Shown here: positions 32,918-33,081 of the stretch, in pieces
How the letters are laid out: each line of letters opens with the position of its first letter
How positions within the stretch are numbered: the first letter of the stretch is position 1
From: Octopus sinensis
Taxonomy: Eukaryota
Assembly (NCBI RefSeq): GCF_006345805.1
Contig: NW_021832750.1
Location: forward strand, 1 to 33,081
DNA: 33,081 bases
Reading direction: 5' to 3'
Program-made: the position numbers and the translations under genes
The notes under the pieces: model-generated
Databases searched by the model: none
The model's input: only the letters and a program-made list of their open reading frames with translations
Told to the model about the DNA's origin: nothing

Positions 32918-33081
32918 AACAAATAAACGCCTCTCGAATATCTTTGAAAACTCTAATAAAAATCATTCAGTGAGCTTCTAACCAATAAGGCAACAAGTTT
33001 TCTCCATAGTAAAGTGTGACGTGAATGAACGATGCAGCCAATAGTTAAGACTTATTACATTTTGTTATCTTATTCTTTCCA

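Noticed and set aside
1-33081. Prokaryotic features (CRISPR array, operons, rRNA)
   Set aside because: No repeat-spacer periodicity, no dense ORFs and no rRNA motifs; composition and repeats are those of a metazoan genome.

Overview
This is AT-rich, microsatellite-dense eukaryotic non-coding DNA (intron or intergenic). I recognise the two dominant tRNA-derived SINE families from Octopus genomes. That is recall, not a database search, so the coleoid/octopus assignment is an inference. No intact protein-coding gene is supportable: almost all long ORFs are translations of (TA)n/(TG)n/(CA)n repeats or antisense readings of transposons. The window holds more than 25 copies or fragments of two SINE families, called A and B here; B carries three interchangeable 3' tails and forms tandem dimers. 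It also holds a decayed RTE-clade LINE with a FADD reverse-transcriptase motif, a short RTE 3' end, two Penelope-like segments with minimal hammerhead cores, weak Tc1/mariner and Helentron-like relics, and many simple repeats. I see no clear new multi-gene system. The best leads are: (1) several locally templated insertions and fold-back inversions in or beside SINEs (27594-27729, 25881-26021, 1943-2008); (2) two hammerhead ribozyme cores; (3) an unidentified protein-like, splice-flanked segment at 565-846 whose downstream sequence resembles one SINE-B tail; (4) an unexplained CpG-rich island at about 12230-12445; (5) the modular, dimeric SINE architecture, including inverted pairs that could be ADAR substrates. 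Protein motifs were translated and compared by eye.
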